Source: Verrucomicrobiia bacterium (lineage in GTDB: Bacteria; Verrucomicrobiota; Verrucomicrobiia; Limisphaerales; JAEYXS01). From it: a stretch of DNA of 64,000 nucleotides. A program made the translations under genes and the position numbers. The notes beneath the pieces were generated by a model. The model did not search any database. It was not told the origin of the DNA and saw only the letters and a list, made by a program, of their open reading frames with translations. The first letter of the stretch is position 1. Each line of letters opens with the position of its first letter. The stretch lies in the NCBI GenBank assembly GCA_036405135.1, contig DASWYF010000033.1:1-64000 (forward strand). The letters run 5' to 3'. Shown piece after piece: positions 36,237 to 44,378 of this stretch.

Positions 36237-38609
36237 ATGGAACGCAGACAGTTAATCGCCGCCGTCATGGGCGCAGCTCTGGCCACCACGTCAGTGCTCG
36301 CTCAAACTCCGCCCGCTCCCAAGGCTCCTGAGAAAAAAGCCGAAGCCAAACCCGCCAAGCCCGAGGTCACCACGACCAAGTGGGACGCGATGGATGTCGG
36401 CCCGTTCTTCTCCGGCTATCTCATCACCCAGCCGGTGAACGGCAAGACGCAGAGCGGCCAGATGCTCGCGCTCAAAACCCTCTCCATCAAGCTGGCGGCC
36501 GATAACAAGGCTTCTGCCGCCTTCGATACCCAACTGATGCGCATGGCCTATGCGTGGACGGATGGTTTCATCAAGTTGCCCGTGAAGCGTGATGGTCTGG
36601 AAGGTTTTCCTGAAGTCATCGGTAACACTGTGTTCGCCACGCAACGCATCCCCGGCTGGGCAGATGCCAAGGGCAGCTTCACCGATCCGCGTGAACGTTA
36701 TGAAGGCCAGGGCGAACCCGTCGGCGCCATGCCGCATAATTGGCTCAAGTGGCGCGGCCATTACCTGAATGGCGATAAAGTCGTCCTCTCCTATCTCGTG
36801 AACGGTGCTGGTGTGCTGGAGCATCCTTCGGCTGAGTTCAGCAACGGGCAGACGGTCATCACGCGCACGTTCTCGATGGATGCGACTAAGAATGAGAATG
36901 TGTTGTTCCTTTTTGATGCGCCGCATACGGCTCCCAAGATCGAGGGCAACAAGATCACGTTGACCACGCAGGATGGTGGGGCGGCGATCATCGCCAGCTT
37001 GAGCGGCAATTCTGCGGGCAAATTCGAACGCACACCGGAAGGCAAAGTCCTGCTGCGTTTGCCCGCTGGTAAGGCGGTTGATTTCAAAGTCTCCATCTGG
37101 AGCGGTGCCACGGCCAATGCTGCTGCTGCCAATTCCGCACTGCAAGCTGCTGGGAAACTGGCTGATGTGAAGGCGCTCACCAAAGCCGGTCCGGCCCGTT
37201 GGACCACGCCGGTGACCACGCAGGGCAAGCTCGGCAAGGATGAAGGTCCGTACGTGACGGACACGATCACTGTGCCCGAGGATAATCCGTGGAAGTCATG
37301 GATCCGGTGCAGCGGTTTCGATTTCTTCAGCGATGGGCGCGCCGCGGTCAGCTCCGTGAGCGGTGATGTGTGGATCGTCTCCGGCATTGATGCCAAGCTC
37401 GACAAGCTCACGTGGAAACGTTTCGCCACTGGCCTCTTCCAACCGCTCGGTTTGAAGATCGTGAAAGATCAGGTCTACGTGCTGGGACGCGATCAGATCA
37501 CGCGCTTCACGGATTCCAACAAGGATGGCGAGGCGGACTTCTACGAGAACTTTAACAACGATGTCAGCATCAGCTCGCACTATCATGAGTTCTGCCTGAA
37601 CCTCGAAACGGACAGCGCGGGGAACTTCTATTTCATCAAGGGCGGCAACCTTGGCCCGGCCAAGATTCCGCATCACGGGACGATGAATCGCGTGAGCAAG
37701 GATGGTTCTAAATTGGAAGTCGTGGCCACTGGCCATCGCGCGCCGAACGGCATGAGCGTAGGCCCTAAAGATCAGCTCACCTCCAGTGATAACGAAGGCA
37801 ACTGGGTGCCCGCCAGCCGCGTGAACTGGGTAGTGCCCGGCGGCTTCTACGGCCACGTGTTTACTGCTCATCGTTCACCTGCTCCGACGGACTATGATCG
37901 CCCGCTCTTCTGGCTCCCACATCAGATGGATAACTCCTCTGGTGGGCAGATCTGGGTAACGAGCGAGAAATGGGGCCCGTTCAAGAACGACATGCTCCAC
38001 ACCTCCTACGGCAAATGCTCCCTCTTCAAGGTGATGTATGAAGAGGTGGACGGTCAGATGCAGGGTGCCGTGGTGCGTTTCCCGCTGAACTTCGATTCCG
38101 GCATCATGCGTGGCCACTTCAGCCCGTTCGATGGCCAGCTTTACATGGCGGGCCTGCGCGTGTGGCAATCCAGTGGTGCGCGGGAAGGTGCGTTCCATCG
38201 CGTGCGTTACACGGGCAAGGCGGTGAACATGCCGAAGGAACTGCATGTGAAGCCGAACGGCATCGAGATCACGTTCACGAATCCGCTCGATGCCGAACTG
38301 GCGAAGGATCCGGAGAACTACGCGCTCGATCAGTGGAATTACAAGTGGGCGCAGGAATATGGCTCCAAGATGTATTCCGTGGCGGACTCGACCAAAACGC
38401 TGGGTGACAAGGGCCAGAGCACGTTCAAGGGTGAAGACGTGAAGATCAGTGCCGTGAAGCTCTCGAACGGGAACAAGACTGTGTTCCTCGAGTTCTCCAA
38501 TGTGCAGCCGGTGATGCAGTATCGTATCCGTTACAACTTGGATTCGGCGGATGGCGATTTGGTGCGCCAGGAGATCTACGGCACCATCAACAAGGTGCCG
38601 AAGAGTTAA
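36237..38609 (+). CDS. Secreted beta-propeller protein of the 'membrane-bound dehydrogenase-like' (glucose/sorbosone-dehydrogenase-like) type
   Basis: Start MERRQLIAAVMGAALATTSVLA (signal peptide). Its beta-propeller region (..DGRAAVSSVSGDVWIVSG.., ..DGEADFYENF..) has the same domain arrangement as, and local sequence similarity to, the N-terminal half of the 44379-47117 protein. Confidence 0.6.
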   Translation: MERRQLIAAVMGAALATTSVLAQTPPAPKAPEKKAEAKPAKPEVTTTKWDAMDVGPFFSGYLITQPVNGKTQSGQMLALKTLSIKLAADNKASAAFDTQLMRMAYAWTDGFIKLPVKRDGLEGFPEVIGNTVFATQRIPGWADAKGSFTDPRERYEGQGEPVGAMPHNWLKWRGHYLNGDKVVLSYLVNGAGVLEHPSAEFSNGQTVITRTFSMDATKNENVLFLFDAPHTAPKIEGNKITLTTQDGGAAIIASLSGNSAGKFERTPEGKVLLRLPAGKAVDFKVSIWSGATANAAAANSALQAAGKLADVKALTKAGPARWTTPVTTQGKLGKDEGPYVTDTITVPEDNPWKSWIRCSGFDFFSDGRAAVSSVSGDVWIVSGIDAKLDKLTWKRFATGLFQPLGLKIVKDQVYVLGRDQITRFTDSNKDGEADFYENFNNDVSISSHYHEFCLNLETDSAGNFYFIKGGNLGPAKIPHHGTMNRVSKDGSKLEVVATGHRAPNGMSVGPKDQLTSSDNEGNWVPASRVNWVVPGGFYGHVFTAHRSPAPTDYDRPLFWLPHQMDNSSGGQIWVTSEKWGPFKNDMLHTSYGKCSLFKVMYEEVDGQMQGAVVRFPLNFDSGIMRGHFSPFDGQLYMAGLRVWQSSGAREGAFHRVRYTGKAVNMPKELHVKPNGIEITFTNPLDAELAKDPENYALDQWNYKWAQEYGSKMYSVADSTKTLGDKGQSTFKGEDVKISAVKLSNGNKTVFLEFSNVQPVMQYRIRYNLDSADGDLVRQEIYGTINKVPKS

Positions 38610-38632
38610 GGCTTCAAATCAGCAAATCGAAA

Positions 38633-38665
38633 ACCCCGCCCGCGACATACGCTGGCGGGTTTTTC
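38633..38665 (+). terminator. Rho-independent terminator
   Basis: ccccgcccgcgacatacgctggcgggttttt, directly after the 36237-38609 gene. Confidence 0.65.
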
Positions 38666-38695
38666 ATTTGGAAGCAGACATGTGCTTTGGAGTGG

Positions 38696-38862
38696 TCTTA
38701 GAGCGTTTTAAAAAATACTGTGGCCGGTTGGGGCGAGGCTTTGGCGAAGGAGCAGGTTCCAAAAGACCCTGTGACTGAGCCGAAACGACGTCAGAACCCA
38801 AAAAGACTGCCCGCTTCGCTCCCCAGACACAATCGACTGCAGTATTTTTTAGACCGTCTAAC
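38696..38862. mobile_element. MITE-like repeat family 2, copy 1 (about 165 bp with terminal inverted repeats)
   Basis: Ends agagcgttttaaaaaatactgtgg ... ctgcagtattttttagaccgtct are inverted repeats. Nearly identical to 47185-47345. Confidence 0.65.
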
Positions 38863-38934
38863 GCGAGAATAGAGGGATTGCGACGGTTGCACTTCCCCTT
38901 GGCATCCGACGCCGAGATTTGCTATTTCTTGAGC

Positions 38935-40380
38935 ATGTCCCGAATGCAGCGAACTCTAATCGCCGTTTTATTTTTGGCCGTTTGTCTGACGCGATTGCAG
39001 GCGGCTAATGCCCAAAAACCCAACATCCTCTTCATCCTCACCGATGACCAGCGGTGGAACACAATGGGTTGCGCGGGCAATCCGATCATCCAGACGCCGA
39101 ATATGGATGCGCTCGCGAAGGAAGGGGTGCGTTTCCGTCAGGCGTTTGCCACCACGGCCATTTGCGCGGCGAGCCGCGCTTCGTTGCTCACGGGTCTCTA
39201 TGAGCGCACGCATCGTTATACGTTCAGCACGCCACCCATCCAGGATGCGCATACGGACATCAGCTATCCGGTGCAATTGCGTCAGGCCGGGTATCGCACG
39301 GGCTTGATCGGCAAGTTCGGCGTGGATGTCTCACAAGGTCGCGCGACGAAGGACATGTTCGATTACTTCGTGCCGTTGAACCGGAATCCCTACATCAAGA
39401 AGCAACCGGATGGATCGGAGAAGCATCTGACGGATATCGCATTCGAGAAAGCAGTGGAATTCCTCGATAAAACGGACAAGAGCAAGCCTTGGTGCCTCTC
39501 ACTGAACTTCAATGAGCCGCATGCGGAGGATAATGATCCCAAACAATACTTCTGGCCGAAGACGGAAGATAATCTTTATCGCGATATCACGATTCCGCAA
39601 GTGAAGACGATGGCTGCGGAATATTTTGAGGCGAATCCCGAGTTCCTGAAAAACTCGGAGAGCCGTATCCGCTATAACTGGCGCTTCGACGAGACCGGCA
39701 AATATCAGGAGATGGTGAAAGGGTATTACCGCATGATCAGCGGCGTGGATCGCGTCATCGGGCAAGTGCGCGCGGAACTCACCAAGCGCGGTATGGCGGA
39801 GAACACGATCATCATTTTCACCAGTGATAATGGGTATTTCCTCGGCGAACGCGGTTTCGCGGACAAGTGGTATCTCTACGAGCATTCCGTGCGCGTGCCC
39901 ATGATCATCATGGACCCGAAAGCACCCGCGATCCGTCGCGGTGAGACGGTGGATCTCATGGCGTTGAACGTGGACATCGCGCCGACCATCCTGAGCTTTG
40001 CGGGAGTGAAAGTGCCCTCCCTCATGCAAGGCCGCAGCCTCATCCCGCTGCTCAACGGCAAAGCGCCGACGGATTGGCGCACAGATTTCTTTTACGAACA
40101 TCTCTTCGACCGGCACAACATTCCGAAAAGCGAGGGCGTGCGCACGGAGCGCTGGTCTTACATCCGCTGGTTCGAGCAGACGCCGGTGGTGGAAGAACTC
40201 TACGATCATCAGGTGGACTTCGAAGAGGTGAACAATCTCCTCAAAGACCCGGCCTATGCGAGTGTACTGGAGCAGATGCGGAAGCGGACGGACCAATTGC
40301 GCGATCAATACGGCGGCGTATTCAAGCCTTGGCTGAAACCGGAGCCGAAAGGGAAAGCCAAGAAAGCGAAGGCGGAGTAA
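38935..40380 (+). CDS. Sulfatase (formylglycine-dependent arylsulfatase family)
   Basis: Signal peptide, then LFILTDDQRWNTMGC and the C-x-A-x-R active-site motif (CAASRAS). Confidence 0.85.
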   Translation: MSRMQRTLIAVLFLAVCLTRLQAANAQKPNILFILTDDQRWNTMGCAGNPIIQTPNMDALAKEGVRFRQAFATTAICAASRASLLTGLYERTHRYTFSTPPIQDAHTDISYPVQLRQAGYRTGLIGKFGVDVSQGRATKDMFDYFVPLNRNPYIKKQPDGSEKHLTDIAFEKAVEFLDKTDKSKPWCLSLNFNEPHAEDNDPKQYFWPKTEDNLYRDITIPQVKTMAAEYFEANPEFLKNSESRIRYNWRFDETGKYQEMVKGYYRMISGVDRVIGQVRAELTKRGMAENTIIIFTSDNGYFLGERGFADKWYLYEHSVRVPMIIMDPKAPAIRRGETVDLMALNVDIAPTILSFAGVKVPSLMQGRSLIPLLNGKAPTDWRTDFFYEHLFDRHNIPKSEGVRTERWSYIRWFEQTPVVEELYDHQVDFEEVNNLLKDPAYASVLEQMRKRTDQLRDQYGGVFKPWLKPEPKGKAKKAKAE

Positions 40381-40440
40381 GTGCTTGCCCTTGGAGCGCG
40401 ACTCTCTGAGTCGCAGCAATATGCTTAAGCACAAGGGCCT
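40381..40440. repeat. Fragment of repeat family 1 (3' TIR region)
   Basis: gagcgcgactctctgagtcgcagcaa matches the 3' TIR of copy A (gagcgcgactctccgagtcgcagcaa). It is embedded in a gtgcttgcccttg..caagggc inverted repeat. Confidence 0.45.
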
Positions 40441-40607
40441 CGAGTTTCTAGTCAGCAAAGTTCATGACAGGGCTTGGTTGGTAAGTTCAACCAATTCATA
40501 CGCTGCTTGTTATCCTAACATTGCTGCGGGTCGGAGACCCGCTCCAAAAGCACCTGTAAGGCTTGCGCCATGCCAAACCTCGTCCTACCCTGACGCAGGA
40601 ATTTTCC

Positions 40608-42290
40608 ATGGTATCTGTGACCGCCAACCGCAAGCAGGCAAACGGGATACGGCAATGGGCCGTGCTCGCGTGCGTGACATTGGCGGCGCTTATGATGGCG
40701 AGTTGCAGCCAGCACAAGGAACGCGCGGATCTCATCATCATGAATGGCGCGGAGCCGGAGTCGCTAGACCCGGCGATCGTGACCGGTCAGCCCGATGGCC
40801 GCGTGGCCGGTGCACTCTTTGAGGGATTAACACGTTTCAACCCCAAGAACGCGAAGCCCATTCCTGGACTCGCGGAGAGATGGGACATCGCTGAGGACGG
40901 ACAGACTTACACCTTTTACCTGCGCACGAACGCCGTCTGGTCCACCGGTGAACCGATCACGGCGGAGGATGTCGTGTATTCCTGGCGGCGTGCCTTGGAC
41001 CCGCTGACTGCCAGCGATTACGCCGGGCAGCTCTATTACGTGAAGAACGGTGAGAATTTTAACACCGGCAAGACCAATGCCGCCACTGGCAAACGTTACA
41101 CGAAAGAAGATGTAGGCGTGAACGCGGTGGACACGCATACCGTGAAAGTGGACCTCGAAGGCCCCACGCCCTTTTTCCTCGATCTGTGCGCCTTCCGCAC
41201 CTTGGCCGTGGTGCCGCGGCAGGCGATCGAGAAGCACAAAGACCGCTGGCTCATGGTGCATCCGGTGCCCACGAGCGGACCGTTCACACTGGAATTCTGG
41301 CGCATCCATGATCGCATCCGCGTGCGCAAGAATCCGCGCTATTGGGACGCGCAGAACATCCAGAGTGAACTCATCGATTTGTTGCCCGCCGAATCCTCCA
41401 CCACCGCGCTGAACCTCTACGAAACCGGCGAAGCCGACGTTATCTGGGACAAGAACCTCATCCCGAGCGAGCTGATGGATGTGTTGAAGGGACGCGAGTA
41501 CGTTCACACCTACGATTATCTCGGCACCTATTTCATCCGCTTCAACGTGACGAAGCCGCCCTTCAACGATGTGCGGGTACGCAAGGCATTGACGCTCGTG
41601 CTCGATAAGGAACGTATCGTCAAAAACATCACCAAGAGCGGGGAAAAACCGGCAAGCTGCCTGACCCCGCCGGGCATGGAAGGCTACACCTCGCCCGAAG
41701 GCTTGGGGCGCGATCAGGAACTGGCGCGCAAGCTACTGGCCGAAGCAGGCTATCCGGGCGGCAAAGGTTTCCCGACCTTCAACTACCTTTTCAACACCAG
41801 CGAGATGCACAAGCAGATCGCGGTGGAATTGCAGGCCATGTGGAAGAAGGAGCTGGGCATCAACATGGAACTCCGTCAGGTGGAGTGGAAGGTGTATCTC
41901 TCCGACCAGAGCAAGATGCAGTATGATACCAGCCGCAGCAGCTGGATCGGGGATTACGTGGATCCGAACACGTTCCTGGACATGTTCATGAGCAATAACG
42001 GCAACAACCGCACCGGTTGGAAAAGCCCGAAGTATGACGATCTCATCCGCCAGGCGAATCAGGAACGTGATGCGACCAAACGCGCGAAACTCCTGCACGA
42101 CGCCGAAGTGTTGCTGGTGCGTGAAGACCCGCCGATCGCGCCGCTGTTCTTCTATGTAGGCGTGAATATCTTTGATCCCGCCGTGGTCGAGGGCGTGCAT
42201 CAGAACCTGCTGGATGAACATCCGCTCTGGCCCTTACGCCGGAAAGCGGGCGCTCCCAAACCTGGAACTAAACCGACGGAGGCGAGGTAA
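40608..42290 (+). CDS. ABC transporter substrate-binding lipoprotein (peptide/nickel/opine family 5)
   Basis: Lipobox LAALMMASC. Family-5 SBP length of about 560 aa. Followed by two Opp/Dpp-type permeases. Confidence 0.85.
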   Translation: MVSVTANRKQANGIRQWAVLACVTLAALMMASCSQHKERADLIIMNGAEPESLDPAIVTGQPDGRVAGALFEGLTRFNPKNAKPIPGLAERWDIAEDGQTYTFYLRTNAVWSTGEPITAEDVVYSWRRALDPLTASDYAGQLYYVKNGENFNTGKTNAATGKRYTKEDVGVNAVDTHTVKVDLEGPTPFFLDLCAFRTLAVVPRQAIEKHKDRWLMVHPVPTSGPFTLEFWRIHDRIRVRKNPRYWDAQNIQSELIDLLPAESSTTALNLYETGEADVIWDKNLIPSELMDVLKGREYVHTYDYLGTYFIRFNVTKPPFNDVRVRKALTLVLDKERIVKNITKSGEKPASCLTPPGMEGYTSPEGLGRDQELARKLLAEAGYPGGKGFPTFNYLFNTSEMHKQIAVELQAMWKKELGINMELRQVEWKVYLSDQSKMQYDTSRSSWIGDYVDPNTFLDMFMSNNGNNRTGWKSPKYDDLIRQANQERDATKRAKLLHDAEVLLVREDPPIAPLFFYVGVNIFDPAVVEGVHQNLLDEHPLWPLRRKAGAPKPGTKPTEAR

Positions 42291-42292
42291 CG

Positions 42293-43207
42293 ATGTATTA
42301 CCTGAAACGAATCGCGTTCTTGGTGCCGCTGCTGCTGATCATCAGCTTCCTGGCGTTCGCATTGGTGCGCGTGGCTCCCGGCGGTCCGTTTGACAAAGAA
42401 CGCGCCCCGGCTTCGCCTGAGATAGAGAAGAATATCAAGGAGAAGTACCACTTGGATAAACCTCTGCTGCAGCAGTATTGGATTTATTTGAAAGGTTTGA
42501 TGAAGGGTGATTTCGGGCCTTCGCTCAAGTACCGCAATCATTCGGTGAACGACATCATCGCCCAAGGGCTGCCGGTGTCTTTAACATTGGGCATCATGGC
42601 CTTCCTGCTGGCGCAAGGGTTCGGTATTCCGCTGGGCTTCCTGACGGCGGTGAAGAAAGGCGGCATCATAGATTACGGCGGCAGCTTCATCGCTTTGCTG
42701 GCCATCTGTATCCCGGGGTTTGTGGTGGGGCCATTGCTGGTGCTGATCTTTTCCATCCATTTCGGCTGGTTCCCTGTGGGTATGTGGGAGACGCCGATGC
42801 ATGCGGTTCTACCCACGATAGCGCTCGGCCTTTACTTTGGCGGCAAGGTCGCTCGGCTCATGCGCGAGGGCATGCTGAATACCCTGACCTCTGAATTCAT
42901 AACGACGGCGCGCGCCAAGGGCTTGAGCGAGACGCAAGTGCTGGTGAAGCACGCCTTTCGCATCGCCGTGCTGCCTGTGGTTTCCTACAGCGGCCCCTTG
43001 CTGGCCGATCTATTGGTGGGTTCTTTCGTGGTGGAAAACATTTTCCGCGTGCCGGGCATCGGGGTGTTCTTGGTGAACAGCTCCTTGAACCGTGACTACA
43101 CCATGGTGGTTGGTCTGGTGCTTTTATACGCCGTCCTGCTGCTGGTGCTGAACTTGGTGGTGGACTTCGCCTATGGGCTGCTGGACCGCCGCGTAAAGAT
43201 GGAATAA
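42293..43207 (+). CDS. ABC transporter permease (OppB/DppB-like)
   Basis: Six TM helices and an EAA-loop region ..TTARAKGLSETQVLVKHAFRIA... Confidence 0.85.
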   Translation: MYYLKRIAFLVPLLLIISFLAFALVRVAPGGPFDKERAPASPEIEKNIKEKYHLDKPLLQQYWIYLKGLMKGDFGPSLKYRNHSVNDIIAQGLPVSLTLGIMAFLLAQGFGIPLGFLTAVKKGGIIDYGGSFIALLAICIPGFVVGPLLVLIFSIHFGWFPVGMWETPMHAVLPTIALGLYFGGKVARLMREGMLNTLTSEFITTARAKGLSETQVLVKHAFRIAVLPVVSYSGPLLADLLVGSFVVENIFRVPGIGVFLVNSSLNRDYTMVVGLVLLYAVLLLVLNLVVDFAYGLLDRRVKME

Positions 43208-43209
43208 CG

Positions 43210-44148
43210 ATGGAAAACCTGAGCCCAAATCAACGTGCCTGGAAGCGGTTCAAGCAGAACCGGCCCGCCGTCGTCAGTATGGTCTTTTTGGTCGTGCTCT
43301 GTCTGCTGGTGCTGATCTGGCCATTGTTCAGCAAGCCGACCTTTGCCGGTGCTTTGCCTAAAGGCGTGACGCATTCTCCCGTGGAACTGTCCGATCAACC
43401 ATTTGCCAAACCGGATGGGACCTACTGGATGGGCACCGATGTGAACGGCCGCGATCTCTTGAGCCGCATCATGCACGGGGCGCGCATCTCCATTTTGGTG
43501 GGCATAGTGGGTGCGTTGGTGAGTCTGGTCATCGGCGTTATGTGGGGTGCCATCGCCGGTTATATCGGCGGTTGGTGGGATGGTTCGATGATGCGTTTCG
43601 TGGACATCCTCTATGCCCTGCCCTCCATCGTCTTCGTGATCGTGTTGATAACGACCCTGGAGGAGCTTGCGAAAGGCTGGTTCACCAAGACTTTTGGTGC
43701 GGACATCGCGCAATATACCCGTATGTCGTTCCTGTTCGTGGGCATCGGGGCAGTGTCGTGGTTGACGATGGCACGCATCGTCCGTGGTCAGGTGTTGACG
43801 TTGAAGAACCGCCAGTTTGTGGATGCCAGTCGTTCTCTGGGTGCTGGTCCTTCACGCATTTTGTTCCGGCATATCCTGCCAAACGTGCTCGGCATCATCA
43901 TCGTTTACATCACGCTGACGGTTCCGTCCGTGATTCTCTACGAATCCTTCCTCAGCTACCTGGGCTTGGGCATCCAGCCGCCGTTTGCGAGCTGGGGTTC
44001 CTTGATCTCGGAAGGGGCGGCGCAGTTGAATCCGGTGCGCATCAACTGGTGGCTGATCGTGTTCCCGGCGGCTACATTGGTGAGCACGCTGCTGGCGTTG
44101 AATTTCTTTGGGGATGGGTTGAGGGATGCGTTTGATCCCAGAGGATAA
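43210..44148 (+). CDS. ABC transporter permease (OppC/DppC-like)
   Basis: N-terminal extension plus a 6-TM permease core. No ATPase genes follow in this window. Confidence 0.85.
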   Translation: MENLSPNQRAWKRFKQNRPAVVSMVFLVVLCLLVLIWPLFSKPTFAGALPKGVTHSPVELSDQPFAKPDGTYWMGTDVNGRDLLSRIMHGARISILVGIVGALVSLVIGVMWGAIAGYIGGWWDGSMMRFVDILYALPSIVFVIVLITTLEELAKGWFTKTFGADIAQYTRMSFLFVGIGAVSWLTMARIVRGQVLTLKNRQFVDASRSLGAGPSRILFRHILPNVLGIIIVYITLTVPSVILYESFLSYLGLGIQPPFASWGSLISEGAAQLNPVRINWWLIVFPAATLVSTLLALNFFGDGLRDAFDPRG

Positions 44149-44378
44149 TGAAGTAAGTCGGCCATGAGCTAAATCCCAAATCCAAAGCTCCAAACACCAG
44201 AGAAACATCAACTCTCAAGTAACCGCATACCTTATTGGAGCTTTAGATTTCACTGGAGCTTGGTGTTTGGGATTTGGAGTTTCTTTTTGTTCCTTGGTCA
44301 TTCGGATTTCGTCATTGGACATTCTTTCGATTTTCCCCTTCCCTCCCTGCTCTGGTTGGTAAATCATCCTGCCACCTT

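Noticed and set aside
38551-38778. 75-aa ORF inside MITE-like repeat copy 1
   Set aside because: It lies across a terminator and the inverted-repeat element. The second copy of the element does not preserve the ORF.
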